A program made the position numbers and the translations under genes. The notes below the pieces were generated by a model. That model saw nothing but the letters and a program-made list of their open reading frames with translations. It was not told where the DNA came from and made no database searches. This document shows positions 36,872 to 46,922 of a stretch of DNA of 64,000 nt, in pieces. Position 1 is the first letter of the stretch, and every line of letters begins with the position of its first letter. The stretch spans positions 1 through 64,000 of the forward strand of contig JANRKS010000006.1 in assembly GCA_033763315.1 (NCBI GenBank). The letters are read 5' to 3'. The stretch comes from Deltaproteobacteria bacterium. Its GTDB lineage: Bacteria; Myxococcota_A; Polyangia; Fen-1088.

Positions 36872-37670
36872 GAATGCGCACCATAGCGCGCGATTTCAAC
36901 AGCGTGTCGGGGTGCTTTTGTAGAAGGGCTTTCCAGGCCTCAAGTTCAAGCGTGGGCTTCCCTAAGGCCTGCAGTGCCAGCGCGCGCCCCGCGAGCGCCT
37001 CGTGCTCCATCGGGCTCGCATCGGGCAACCGCAAGTAGGCGTCGAACGCCGCGAGCGCTTTGCCGGCTTTGCCGTCGTCAAGCCACAAGCGCCCCAAGCT
37101 AACATGTGAGAGCTCGGCTTCCGCAGAGTGTGGGTAAAGGCGCGCGAGCCGGAGATAAAGTTGCGCTGCCTCCTTTGTGCGGCGAGCGGCGCGTGCTGCG
37201 CCCGCGGCGCGGAAGAGCTCGCTCGCGCTTTGATGGTTCGTGGCATGCGCCTTGGGTGGGGCTTCAGTGGGAACGAAATCCGGGTGCGGTGCCTCGAAAA
37301 TCATCTGCGGTGTTGCGTGGGGGGCTGCCCCTTTTGGTGGTGAGGCTTCGGGTTTGACAAAAAGACTTAGATTGTCGTCGCGAAGCTCGACGATCCAGTC
37401 GATGACTCGCGCTGTGGCGAATCCCGTTGCCAAGAGGACGACCATGGCCGCCACAAGCGGCAACCATGTGGGTCGCCTGGAGCGCGCCGCCACGGGGGCG
37501 GGAACCGGCGCGGGATGTTGCAGCCAAGCGGCTCTACTTAGAATTCGCCGAGCCATTTCTTCGTCTTCGGCCGTGACGTTCGCGTCCCGTCGCAATCCGG
37601 ACTCAAACGCGTTGTTGGCGGCGATCGACGCCATGTTCGAGGGATCACGGTCTCGCGGCGTGGACGTCAT
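36843..37670 (-). CDS. Membrane-anchored TPR protein, putative anti-sigma factor
   Basis: Single TM helix; ASELFRAAGAAR...LARLYPHSAEA...ALAAFDAYL...EALAGRALAL TPRs; coupled to the ECF by ATGA overlap. Confidence 0.8.
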   Translation of the reverse strand: MTSTPRDRDPSNMASIAANNAFESGLRRDANVTAEDEEMARRILSRAAWLQHPAPVPAPVAARSRRPTWLPLVAAMVVLLATGFATARVIDWIVELRDDNLSLFVKPEASPPKGAAPHATPQMIFEAPHPDFVPTEAPPKAHATNHQSASELFRAAGAARAARRTKEAAQLYLRLARLYPHSAEAELSHVSLGRLWLDDGKAGKALAAFDAYLRLPDASPMEHEALAGRALALQALGKPTLELEAWKALLQKHPDTLLKSRAMVRIHALENAKEP

Positions 37671-38371
37671 GATTGCCTCCCGAAAAGTTCTTGAAGTTGT
37701 GGGTCGGCGGCGATGCGATCGCGAACCGCTTTTCTTGCCAGACGTAGCCGCGAACGCACAGTTTCAAGCGGCACGTCCATACTGACTGCCACCTCCTGCA
37801 CCGAATAGCCTAGGGCCGTTAAGATGAGCGTCTCCGCTTGAACGTCGGAGAGGTCGTCAAGCAGTATTCGTAAGCGGGATCGGGTGCCATCGTCCCATGC
37901 TGCTTGCAAATGCACCGCGTCCGGGTCGTCGCCCGATTGAGCGGCTTCGTTTTCGTACTTGCGACGAGCGATTTTCCGGCGAACGAAGTCAGTGGCGGCA
38001 TGTACGGCAACGCGCGTGGCGAAGTAGCTCAACGAGCTTTCGCCCCTAAATGACGTAAGCGATCGGTTAAGACGTAGCAGAGCCTCCTGCACCACATCTT
38101 CCACGTCGGCCGCACTTGCAGGCATCAGGGCGCTTCGGGTGACCGCCACCATCCGTGGCAACAACTTCGCAAGCAATTCGTTGCGTGCCGCCACCGAACC
38201 TGCAAGGGCGTTCTGCAGCAGTTGACGCAAGTGTGCCTCGGTCTGGGACTTTTCCAGATCCGCGCCATCATCGCCCTCCAAGGGGGCATGTACACCTTCG
38301 TCGAATGCCAACTTCACTCCAAGTACAGTCGCACCTCGCGGGCCTATCGGGTCAAACGTCAACGACCACAT
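37667..38371 (-). CDS. ECF sigma-70 factor
   Basis: DVEDVVQEAL...SFRGESS; GYSVQEVAVSMDVPLETVRSRLRLARK; AAGGA RBS before ATG 38371. Confidence 0.92.
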   Translation of the reverse strand: MWSLTFDPIGPRGATVLGVKLAFDEGVHAPLEGDDGADLEKSQTEAHLRQLLQNALAGSVAARNELLAKLLPRMVAVTRSALMPASAADVEDVVQEALLRLNRSLTSFRGESSLSYFATRVAVHAATDFVRRKIARRKYENEAAQSGDDPDAVHLQAAWDDGTRSRLRILLDDLSDVQAETLILTALGYSVQEVAVSMDVPLETVRSRLRLARKAVRDRIAADPQLQELFGRQS

Positions 38372-38528
38372 CGGTCCTTGCTGCGGTGCGCTTAACGAGA
38401 GCAAAACAAAAGGTCAAGAGCCCCATTGCAAGTGACCCGCTCCGTCGTCCACATGCGACCTACGCATTTGCGCGGGAAACATGGCGCTTCGCTAGGCCCG
38501 TGGTTTGCAACCCTCCGAAAAATTCCCC

Positions 38529-39860
38529 ATGAAGTTCACACACCGCTCCTCGATTCTCTTTGCGGCGCCGATCGCTTGCTTCGTGACCTGCCTCGGCGCC
38601 TGCACAACTTCGAACACGTCGAACAGCGACGATGGCGGCGGCACAGGTGGCACAGACGAGCCGGCCCCGAACTCGTCCGGAGGAGGTGGAGCAAGTGGAG
38701 GAAAGGGAGGCAGTGGAGGCAGTGGAGGCCGTGGAGGAAGTGGGTCCCTTGGGGGGCAACCGACTGATGCCGGCGTTGGTGGAGCAACAGTGGCGTCGGG
38801 TTGGTGGGACAACGCTTGGCCGCTGCGAAGATCTCTGAGCGCTGATTGGCCGTCCGACTCTGCCTCGCAGGATCTGCCCGTTCTTGTGGCCTTGACGCCG
38901 CAGCAACTTGGCAGCGGCGGCTTGAGTCAAAAGGCGGCTGGCTTGCGTTTTGTCGCCAAGGACGGATCGCTCTTGCCGCACGAAGTGGACACGGTTTCTG
39001 ACACGCGCATCTTTGTGTGGGTTAAGCGGCCTCAAGGCAGCGACGCCTGGTGGCTGTACTACGGAAATCTCGCCGCACCAGCGCTGCCGAAAGCGCACGC
39101 GCAGGCGGTATGGGGCGCAGACAGCGTGGTGTGGCACCTCGGAGACAACGGCAACGAGTCGGGCCCGGGAGGGTTTGATGCCACAAATGAAGGTGGAAGC
39201 TTTGGGGAGGGTTTCATCGGCCGTGCCTACATGGGCGATTCGACCAAGCGCAGTAGTTTGGCTTTATCGCGCGAAGCCACCGCCAACAAGCGGCTGCTGG
39301 CCGGCGCGTCCGCGCTCACGATTTCCGCGTGGGTGAAACCAACGGATTTCAAGCTTCTCGGCGACAAGCCTTTTGATCGACAGGTCGTGTCCATCGGCAC
39401 CAGCAAAGCGGACTCGAATTACAACCACGCGGCGGCATTTTTGGCTGTGGGCCTCGAGAAAATGGGAAGCCCTGGCGGCGAGGTGGTGGCAGGCATACGT
39501 CCCACGGGCGATGAAGAGACGATTCGTTCGCCTGGGGCCGTATCGGCAAACACCTGGACGCATGTGGCAGCGGTTTTCGATCTAGCGCTCAAGCGCGGCC
39601 GGTTTTTCATTAACGGGGCGCCAAGCGGCGGTTGGATGAACCGGGGGGATATAGAAACCACGATGTTCGACGCTGCGTACGAATCAAAGTCAGCTCACAT
39701 CGGAGCAAGTGCGGGAGGCGGCTATGGGTATTTCGACGGTGGCATCGACGAAGTACGGCTTGAGCGACGCCAGCGTGACGAGACGTCGTTGCTCAACATG
39801 TACCTAAACATGAAGTCACCGGAAACCACCGTGAAGGTGGGGCCTGAAGACGCCCGATAG
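38529..39860 (+). CDS. DUF2341 + LamG-like (ConA) lipoprotein
   Basis: LGAC lipobox; WWDNAW..RR...DLPVLV...LRFV..DG..LPHEVD...VWVK...LYYGN; TISAWVKP...WTHVAAVFD...FDGGIDEVR. Confidence 0.87.
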   Translation: MKFTHRSSILFAAPIACFVTCLGACTTSNTSNSDDGGGTGGTDEPAPNSSGGGGASGGKGGSGGSGGRGGSGSLGGQPTDAGVGGATVASGWWDNAWPLRRSLSADWPSDSASQDLPVLVALTPQQLGSGGLSQKAAGLRFVAKDGSLLPHEVDTVSDTRIFVWVKRPQGSDAWWLYYGNLAAPALPKAHAQAVWGADSVVWHLGDNGNESGPGGFDATNEGGSFGEGFIGRAYMGDSTKRSSLALSREATANKRLLAGASALTISAWVKPTDFKLLGDKPFDRQVVSIGTSKADSNYNHAAAFLAVGLEKMGSPGGEVVAGIRPTGDEETIRSPGAVSANTWTHVAAVFDLALKRGRFFINGAPSGGWMNRGDIETTMFDAAYESKSAHIGASAGGGYGYFDGGIDEVRLERRQRDETSLLNMYLNMKSPETTVKVGPEDAR

Positions 39861-39941
39861 AAGTCCACCGCGTTGTGCGTTGCCTGTTGCCAATCAGCAA
39901 CAGACCGTTGGCTCGACCCAACACCCAAAAGAGGACGTTTG

Positions 39942-42002
39942 ATGCTAAAGGCGATCGGAAGAATCTTCGTGGCGTCACTGCTTGTGACGGCTTGTGGATC
40001 AAACTCACAGTCTGATGCGACGGATGACGGCCGCATGGACGATGCCGCGGGTGGGGCCGCTGGCTCGGGCGGCCAAGCGGGCTCACCAGGCCAAGGTGGC
40101 AGCGCAGGCCAGGCGGCCTCCGGTCAAGGCGGCAGTCCGTCGTCGCAGGCCGGAGCGGGGGGCGCCTCGTCGCCCGTGCCATCTTCGGTGGATCCCAAAG
40201 AAGGAAAATCGATATTCGAAACGCTTTTCGGTTTCGAGCCGCATTTTGTGGAGCCGCCCGATTCGGGCATGGCCAACATCAAACGTGATTTCGGCGCCAA
40301 GGGCGATGGCGTCAGTGACGACACGGGTGCGTTTAAGAGAGCCATTGAAGCGGATGAGCCGCGCACCATCTTCATTCCTCAAGGCACATACTTGGTGCGC
40401 GATCAGCTTCGTTATGGCGAGGCCGCAACGAAAAAGAAGCGCGTGTTGCTCATCGGCGAGAGCCGAACCCAAAGCATCATCAAGCTGGCCGATGGATCCC
40501 CGGGCTTTGCCAATCCCGCGAAGCCACGCGTGTTCATCCACACAAGGCCTTCCGCTCAGCAAGCTGAGCAGAATATGCACCACTACATTTATCATTTGAC
40601 CTTGGAGATCGGTCGCAACAACCCCGGTGCCATCGCGTTGAACTATCACACCAACAACTCGGGCACGGTCAAAGACGTCAGCATTCGAGCCTCTGATCCG
40701 TTGGGCCATCCGGGCCTCGTGGGCATCGCCTTCGATGACGTTTGGTTTGGGCCTGGTGGTGGCCGCTACATCGACATTGATGGCTTCAAAACGGGCGTGC
40801 TGATTGGCAGCGCACAAAACCACACGACGCTTGAGCACATCGTTGTGAAAAACTGTGAAACGGGCTTTCTCAATTCAGGCTACGGCGTAAGCGCACGCAA
40901 CTTGCGCACCGACAAATGTGCAACCGGCTTCCGCGCGAAAGGAGGATTGAGCGTGGTGGTGGGCGCGCAGTTCTCGAACGGCAGCGACGGCACGGCGATG
41001 GATCTGGGCCAAGGTCAAGCGCTGGTGCGCGATCTACGGAGCACGGGCTACAAAACGGCGATACAGGGCGCAACGAATACGGTGCCCGGGCCCGACGTAG
41101 CCGCGTGGACGTCAAGCGAAGCGCGTAGCAACTGGCCCATCGTTGGCCAACCGATGGTTCTACCCATCGAAGAAAGCCCAGAGCATCAGTATCCCCAAAC
41201 AGCCGCGCAGTGGGCCGTCGTTCCTTCCGCTGATGATATTGCGCCAAGCCTGCAGGCAGCCATCGATGCGGGTAAAGAAACCATTTACATTAAGGGCGGC
41301 CAAATTCGCAGCACGGTCGTGTTGCGCAACAAGGTCAAACGGATCATGGGCCTTGGCGTTCGGGTGATTGGGTTCATGACTGCTGACGCTCCGGCGTTCC
41401 GTATGGCGGCCGGTGATGACCACCCTGTCATCATCGAATTGATTTATTCCGCGTACGAGTCGAACGCAAAGTTCGCTCTGGAACACGCGGCGCCACGCAC
41501 ATTGGTGTTTCGCCACGGCTCGGCTTCTTATCGCAGCTTGCCTTCGGCGGCGGGGGCGCGCGTGTTTATGGAAAGCGTTGTGAGTTATCCGTTCTTGTTC
41601 AGCGGCGTTAACGCGTGGCTGAGGGACATAAACACCGAACAGGGCGGCGACCAGGTTCCGAACATCGTGAACAGCGGTGGAACGCTGTGGGTGCTGGGGC
41701 AAAAAACGGAAGACTACGCCACGAAACTGGCCACCAAGGACAACGGGCGAACCGAATTGCTGGGCGGCACATACCGCCAAAATTGGGACAGCGCAGACAA
41801 TGTGGGCCCGCTTTTAGACAACAACCCGCTGTTTGACATCGATAACGCGCGCGCCAGCCTTTCCTTCACAACGTGGGCAACCCACGCGGGGGCGCCCCCT
41901 TACAAGATTCTCGTGCGCGAGCGACGTGGCAACGACACGAAATTCCTGCTGAGCAGCGCCGCCCCGGGGACGCAGGCCCTGTTCGTGGGCAGCGGGCCCT
42001 GA
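39942..42002 (+). CDS. Pectate_lyase_3 / GH55-like beta-helix glycoside hydrolase lipoprotein
   Basis: VTAC lipobox; NIKRDFGAKGDGVSDDTGAFKRAI...IFIPQGTYLV; second repeat DDIAPSLQAAIDAGKETIY. Confidence 0.85.
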   Translation: MLKAIGRIFVASLLVTACGSNSQSDATDDGRMDDAAGGAAGSGGQAGSPGQGGSAGQAASGQGGSPSSQAGAGGASSPVPSSVDPKEGKSIFETLFGFEPHFVEPPDSGMANIKRDFGAKGDGVSDDTGAFKRAIEADEPRTIFIPQGTYLVRDQLRYGEAATKKKRVLLIGESRTQSIIKLADGSPGFANPAKPRVFIHTRPSAQQAEQNMHHYIYHLTLEIGRNNPGAIALNYHTNNSGTVKDVSIRASDPLGHPGLVGIAFDDVWFGPGGGRYIDIDGFKTGVLIGSAQNHTTLEHIVVKNCETGFLNSGYGVSARNLRTDKCATGFRAKGGLSVVVGAQFSNGSDGTAMDLGQGQALVRDLRSTGYKTAIQGATNTVPGPDVAAWTSSEARSNWPIVGQPMVLPIEESPEHQYPQTAAQWAVVPSADDIAPSLQAAIDAGKETIYIKGGQIRSTVVLRNKVKRIMGLGVRVIGFMTADAPAFRMAAGDDHPVIIELIYSAYESNAKFALEHAAPRTLVFRHGSASYRSLPSAAGARVFMESVVSYPFLFSGVNAWLRDINTEQGGDQVPNIVNSGGTLWVLGQKTEDYATKLATKDNGRTELLGGTYRQNWDSADNVGPLLDNNPLFDIDNARASLSFTTWATHAGAPPYKILVRERRGNDTKFLLSSAAPGTQALFVGSGP

Positions 42003-42060
42003 AAATATAGTTGAGCTCTGTCAATGCGATCCCGCGCGGCAATCGGGTGGAATAAGGAGC

Positions 42061-43827
42061 ATGGACTTGTCAGTGTCGTCCTTGTTCCGACGTGCGCGGC
42101 CCGCCGCCTACGCAACCTGGTTTGCTGTGTTGTCCCTCGCTGCTCAGGGTTGTTCCGCCTCCGCCGGGACCTCTGATGGGGACACTGACGACGGGGAAGG
42201 CGGACAATCGGGAGGCTCGGGAGGGGGAGGGGAAGGCGGGATCGTGGTTCCACCGCCGCCCCCGGGATGCGACGCGGTGGAGCCTCTTGCACCCACGGCT
42301 CGTCGGCTCACGCAAAGCGAAGTCATCAACTCGGTGAGGGACGTCCTGGGCGTCGTGTTGACGCCCCAGACGGCAGGCTTCGAGAAGGAAACCATCACCG
42401 GATTCTCGACGGACGTGGTTGCTCTCATTCCAAACTTCGAGTTTGTACGATCGAGCGTAACCCTCGGTGAGAAGGTGACGGCGAAGCTCACGGACCGCGC
42501 CGCCTTTGTGCAGAAGTTTGGTGGTTGCAACGAATACGGCGAAGCGTGCGAAACAAAGTTCGTGAAAGGCCTGGGCCTACGGTTGTTCCGACGACCTTTG
42601 GCGGACGAAGAGGTTGCGCGCTTTCGCAAAATCTTGGCCGATGCAAATCAACAGAAGATGCCGTTCGCGGAGGGTACGTCGTACGTCTTGCAAGCCATGC
42701 TCGGATCGGCAAGCTTTCTTTACCGGATGGAGCCCGAAGTGGGTGACGGCTCGTTCCGTCAACTCGACGACTACCAAATTGCGAGCCGCCTTTCGTTCGC
42801 GCTGTGGGCCACGTCGCCCGACGACGAGTTGATGAACAAGGCGCGAGAAGGAAAGCTAAAGAATGCAAGCGAGCGCGAAGCGCAAGTGGAACGAATGCTT
42901 AACGACAACCGCGCCAAGGAAGTCTTCGCCCGTTACGCCTCCGACTGGTTGGTGCTCGAACAAGCCGGGAAGATTCTTTACGACGAGAAGATGTATCCGG
43001 AGTACACGCCGGCCTTAGGCGCCCAGATCGTCGAAGAAACGAAAGCGTTTATCGACGCTTTCTGGGACGAAGGTTTGCCGCACAACGAGATCTACACAGC
43101 CAAGTTCGCGTTCGCCGATAAGAAGATGGCCGAGATCTATGGTTTCGAGAACCCCAAAGAGGGGCTTACGCGTTATGACCTGTCCAAGGATCCCCATCGC
43201 TTTGGCTTGCTCACTCAAGCCGCAATCCTTGGGCCTTCGGGGGTTCGCTCGACGGAGCCTGGAATCGTGTTTCGTGGCCAGTTCATCCTTAAGCGTTTTA
43301 TGTGCACCGAGCCTCCTGAGTTAACGCAAGAACTACGAGAATCACTGGGCGATCGAATCGCTGAGAACCTGCAGGTTGGCGAATCAAAGTCGCAGCGCTT
43401 CGCTGCCGAGGCTCGTAACTCTGGCGGCACTTGCGCCGCCTGCCACAGCACGTTTGATCCTTTGGCCTACGCCCTTGAGCCGTACGACAGCTTGGGTCGC
43501 CATCGCGAGCAGGACCGCTTCGGAAATAAACTGCGCACCGACGGCAAGTTCACGTCAAGCCTTGATTCAGAAGAGCGCTCGTTTGCGACCACCGAAGAAT
43601 TCGCAACAACCTTCGCGCAGCTGCCACAGACGCGGGCCTGCCTGGTCGCCAATGCCTTGCACTTCTTGGCAGGGCAAGCCATCCACATTGACGACGAGAA
43701 GCAGGGCTGCCTGGTTGAGTCCATCAAGAACTCGATGAGCAAGCCTGACGCCTCGTTCAAGGACTTGTTCCGCGCCATCGCTTTGCACCCTGCGAACCAG
43801 GGCTTCAAGACACTTGCGGCGCCGTAG
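42061..43827 (+). CDS. DUF1592/DUF1588-type cytochrome c-like lipoprotein, copy 4
   Basis: AQGC lipobox; RRLT, RLFRRPL, IASRLSFALWATSPDDEL, RFGLLTQ, CAACH..FDPL; AAGGAG RBS. Confidence 0.9.
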   Translation: MDLSVSSLFRRARPAAYATWFAVLSLAAQGCSASAGTSDGDTDDGEGGQSGGSGGGGEGGIVVPPPPPGCDAVEPLAPTARRLTQSEVINSVRDVLGVVLTPQTAGFEKETITGFSTDVVALIPNFEFVRSSVTLGEKVTAKLTDRAAFVQKFGGCNEYGEACETKFVKGLGLRLFRRPLADEEVARFRKILADANQQKMPFAEGTSYVLQAMLGSASFLYRMEPEVGDGSFRQLDDYQIASRLSFALWATSPDDELMNKAREGKLKNASEREAQVERMLNDNRAKEVFARYASDWLVLEQAGKILYDEKMYPEYTPALGAQIVEETKAFIDAFWDEGLPHNEIYTAKFAFADKKMAEIYGFENPKEGLTRYDLSKDPHRFGLLTQAAILGPSGVRSTEPGIVFRGQFILKRFMCTEPPELTQELRESLGDRIAENLQVGESKSQRFAAEARNSGGTCAACHSTFDPLAYALEPYDSLGRHREQDRFGNKLRTDGKFTSSLDSEERSFATTEEFATTFAQLPQTRACLVANALHFLAGQAIHIDDEKQGCLVESIKNSMSKPDASFKDLFRAIALHPANQGFKTLAAP

Positions 43828-43868
43828 ACGACGAAACCATCCAGCCAGCGACTTTAAGGACAAAGACA

Positions 43869-45290
43869 ATGAAATACCGTCATGTACTGAGCCGGCGCAC
43901 GATGCTTCGCGGATTCGGAGGGGCAGCCATCGCTTTGCCCTTCCTGGACGAAATGCGTTCAAGCACGGCCTACGCGGCCGATGTGGCTCCGGCGTGTGTT
44001 ACGTACTTCTTCGGCAACGGCATACCGGTAAAGGCCTTCAATGGGGGCCTCACCGGACGGGTTGCACCGTTGAGCGAGATAGCGGCAAGGTCAGCGATTC
44101 ATGCCCGCGTGAACTTGACCAAATCTTTCCACGGCCCAGCGACGGAGGCGAGCCTTCGCGGCAAGGCCAATGCGGGCCCATCGATTGAACAGTACGTCAG
44201 GCACAAAAAGTATGCGGGCGGCGTGGTTCCGACGCGTTTGACCAACTTGTCGGCCGGCATCTACTGGCGCACCGATGAAGGTTACAAATACAAGCACAGC
44301 TTTGACATGAACGGGGACTCGATGGATACCAATCCACCGAGGTCGCTGAAGGCCATTTTCGACCGCCTGTTCGTAGGCTTTAAGCCGCCGGGAAATCCGG
44401 GCACTGACCCTGTGCCGACCCCTTCCGGTCCGAACCTGAAGCGCAGCGTGCTCGACGCCGTTGTTGCGGACTACAAGTTCTACACGTCTAGTGCGGGGAA
44501 CTTGGGCGCCACCAGCCGCGAACGTATCAAGTCGCATCTTGATCGTATTTACGAAGTCGAAAAAACTCTGCCGGGCCTGGACGCTCAGATGCAGAACGCA
44601 ACCAATCCCTCTGGGCCGCTTTCAGGCGGCTCTTCGAGCTGCAAAGTTCCCGCGGCCACGAACGAGGGACAACTTCCCGATCCCAATAACAATGGTGTGC
44701 CCCCCATCAGCCCGGATCTGATCGAGAGCTATTGGAAGAAGATGGTGGACCTTTATGCGATGGGGCTCCACTGCGACATCTTCCGTTTCGGCAATCTCAT
44801 GGCCAGCGGATCGGCGGAGCGAATCATCTTCAAGGGCTCGATGAACTACAACGGGCAAACCCGGTCTGTAAATCACGGCAAAAATGGCCATGATTATTGG
44901 CACGACTGGAGCCCGAGCAACAATTTTGCGCAGGAGCTTGAGGAGCACATCAACTTCGTGTGTAGGCAGATGGTCTTCTTCGTGAAGGCGCTTGACGACA
45001 AGGCTTACGTTCAGGCCAACGGCAAGACGTTTTGGGAGAATCAGCTCGTTGTCGTCACAACCGAACTCGACAACCACTCGAATATGGACCACGCCACGGA
45101 CAGGACGTTTCATCTCGTCTCCCCTGCGGGCGGCAAGATCAAGCCTGGTGTGCTGATGGCCGAAAGCAGTCCGCAGGTCACGTATGTGGACTTCTATGAA
45201 ACCCTGCTCAAGGGATTCGGCATTGAGAACCCGAGTGACTTTGGTCTTGCGTCTCAGCGCAAGGGACTGGCCACAGGCGTTCTTGCTTAG
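43869..45290 (+). CDS. DUF1552 domain protein, copy 4
   Basis: LSRRTMLRG...IALPFLDEM; FFGNG, SVLDAV, RIKSHLDRI, CDIFR, HDYWH, ANGKT...TTE. Confidence 0.88.
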   Translation: MKYRHVLSRRTMLRGFGGAAIALPFLDEMRSSTAYAADVAPACVTYFFGNGIPVKAFNGGLTGRVAPLSEIAARSAIHARVNLTKSFHGPATEASLRGKANAGPSIEQYVRHKKYAGGVVPTRLTNLSAGIYWRTDEGYKYKHSFDMNGDSMDTNPPRSLKAIFDRLFVGFKPPGNPGTDPVPTPSGPNLKRSVLDAVVADYKFYTSSAGNLGATSRERIKSHLDRIYEVEKTLPGLDAQMQNATNPSGPLSGGSSSCKVPAATNEGQLPDPNNNGVPPISPDLIESYWKKMVDLYAMGLHCDIFRFGNLMASGSAERIIFKGSMNYNGQTRSVNHGKNGHDYWHDWSPSNNFAQELEEHINFVCRQMVFFVKALDDKAYVQANGKTFWENQLVVVTTELDNHSNMDHATDRTFHLVSPAGGKIKPGVLMAESSPQVTYVDFYETLLKGFGIENPSDFGLASQRKGLATGVLA

Positions 45291-45411
45291 CGCTAAACGC
45301 GACGGAACGCAGCCCACACACGTTTGTTCATTCACTCCAAAATTTCTTTAACGAAAACGCCTGCACGCGGCCTCCTACGAAGAACTTTAGTTTCTCTTGG
45401 AGGGAGTACGA

Positions 45412-46632
45412 ATGAAACGCTTGAAAAATGAATCCAGCCAATGTGTGAGGCCTTGTCGATTGTTGGCGATGGCCTTTATCGTAGGCGCGCTTGCTGCGGG
45501 TTGTGGTGGTGGGAGTGGGAGCGGAGGTGGCGATCCTGACAGCGGCGCCGGCAACATGGGTGGCGCAGGTCTAGAACCTGGGGCCGGGGGATCACCCGGA
45601 ACGGGTGGCAACGCCAACGTGGCAGGATCGCCGGGTCAAGGCGGCGACAACCCGGACGGAGGCGAGAATACCAGCGACGCAAGCGTTGGCGCGGGCGGAA
45701 GTCCTGGTATGGGTGGCGCGCCCGGCATGGGAGGCTCTGGCTCGGGCGGAACGGGTGGTGCAGCGCCTGCGTGCGGTGCCGTCGGACAGCCTTGCTGCGC
45801 CAACGACGCTTGCAACACAGGCGCAGCATGCGATGAACGACAAGGCCCAGACATTTGCGTGGCATGTGGACAACCTGGTGGCCCATGCTGTGAGGGCAAC
45901 GCATGCGGAGGCGGTGGCTGTTGTATCGACGACGCGTGTATCGCCAGCGGCCAAGCTTGCACGGATGGCATCGACGGTGTGTGCACGGCTGGCGCTTGCG
46001 TGGAAGGCACACAAAAATGCGGTGGCCAAGGCGACGCTTGTTGCGATGGCGGGACCTGTACGGCCAGTGGTTTGGGCTGCATCCAGGGCATGTGTCAAGC
46101 CTGCGGCGGGGCCGATCAACGATGCTGTGGCGGCCAAGCTAACAGTTGCAACAATGGCCTAAGCTGTCAGGGTGCCGGCGGTGGCCAACCTCCGTTGTGC
46201 AAACCATGCGGAAAGACGGGCCAGGCGTGTTGTGGCGGCTTTGGAGGAAGCTGCGAATCGGGGAACCGTTGTGCACAAAACAATGGCGCCAGCGTCTGCC
46301 AAGCCTGTGGTGGCGCAGGGCAGGCGTGTTGTGGCTTTCAGCGTACGTGTGGAACCGGTCTTCGCTGTGGCGGCTCGGGCGAACAAGAGGTTTGCCAGCC
46401 CTGCGGCACCGAGGGAACCGCTTGTTGTGGCACGGGTGCAAATCGCACGTGTGGCGCAGCGTTGGCTTGTCGCCAAGTGCAAGACGCTTTGACCTGCGTT
46501 AAGTGTGGGGCACAAGGCGAAGCTTGCTGCGGCTCCGGTCTGACTGGTGACATGTGCAATCAAGGCCTCACGTGCGGCTTCTCGCAGAATGGCCGTACAT
46601 GCCGACCTGCCATGATGTCCGTTATGCCGTAG
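45412..46632 (+). CDS. Cys-rich repeat lipoprotein (8 CGxxxxxCC modules)
   Basis: AAGC lipobox; Gly-rich tether; repeats such as CGAVGQPCC, CGKTGQACC, CGAQGEACC; GGAGGGAG RBS. Confidence 0.85.
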   Translation: MKRLKNESSQCVRPCRLLAMAFIVGALAAGCGGGSGSGGGDPDSGAGNMGGAGLEPGAGGSPGTGGNANVAGSPGQGGDNPDGGENTSDASVGAGGSPGMGGAPGMGGSGSGGTGGAAPACGAVGQPCCANDACNTGAACDERQGPDICVACGQPGGPCCEGNACGGGGCCIDDACIASGQACTDGIDGVCTAGACVEGTQKCGGQGDACCDGGTCTASGLGCIQGMCQACGGADQRCCGGQANSCNNGLSCQGAGGGQPPLCKPCGKTGQACCGGFGGSCESGNRCAQNNGASVCQACGGAGQACCGFQRTCGTGLRCGGSGEQEVCQPCGTEGTACCGTGANRTCGAALACRQVQDALTCVKCGAQGEACCGSGLTGDMCNQGLTCGFSQNGRTCRPAMMSVMP

Positions 46633-46649
46633 GCGTATTTGACTGACCG

Positions 46650-46697
46650 CAACGCACTGATGCCAGCGCTCCTTGGGCGGCTGGCATCAATGCGTTG
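46650..46697 (+). terminator. 18-bp hairpin after the Cys-rich gene (terminator or stabiliser)
   Basis: CAACGCACTGATGCCAGC...GCTGGCATCAATGCGTTG, 1 mismatch; no U-tract. Confidence 0.55.
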
Positions 46698-46922
46698 ATG
46701 GTAACCGCTCGTCGTTGTTCGCTCACGTCTTCACATGGTGCGGTGCCCCTGTGGGGCCGGCCCAACAGCTGTTGGCTGCCTCCAACACCTCAGTCAAGCG
46801 GGGGGGGCACGTTCACTTGACATAGCGTGAGCTTAGGTGTGGTCCAAGCCTTGCTTAACTAGCGTTCCTAGGTTCGGCGGTTGATTGGCCGTTCAACCAA
46901 GCCCACTGAAGGAGTTCAAGCA

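Noticed and set aside
43473-43500. TGAGCCGT inside coding regions (also minus strand near 16950 and 26670)
   Set aside because: No CGRC box at the fixed spacing; explained by Glu-Pro codons
45412-46632. Cys-rich protein as a multiheme cytochrome or RiPP precursor
   Set aside because: No CxxCH and no modifying enzymes nearby; it has a lipoprotein signal
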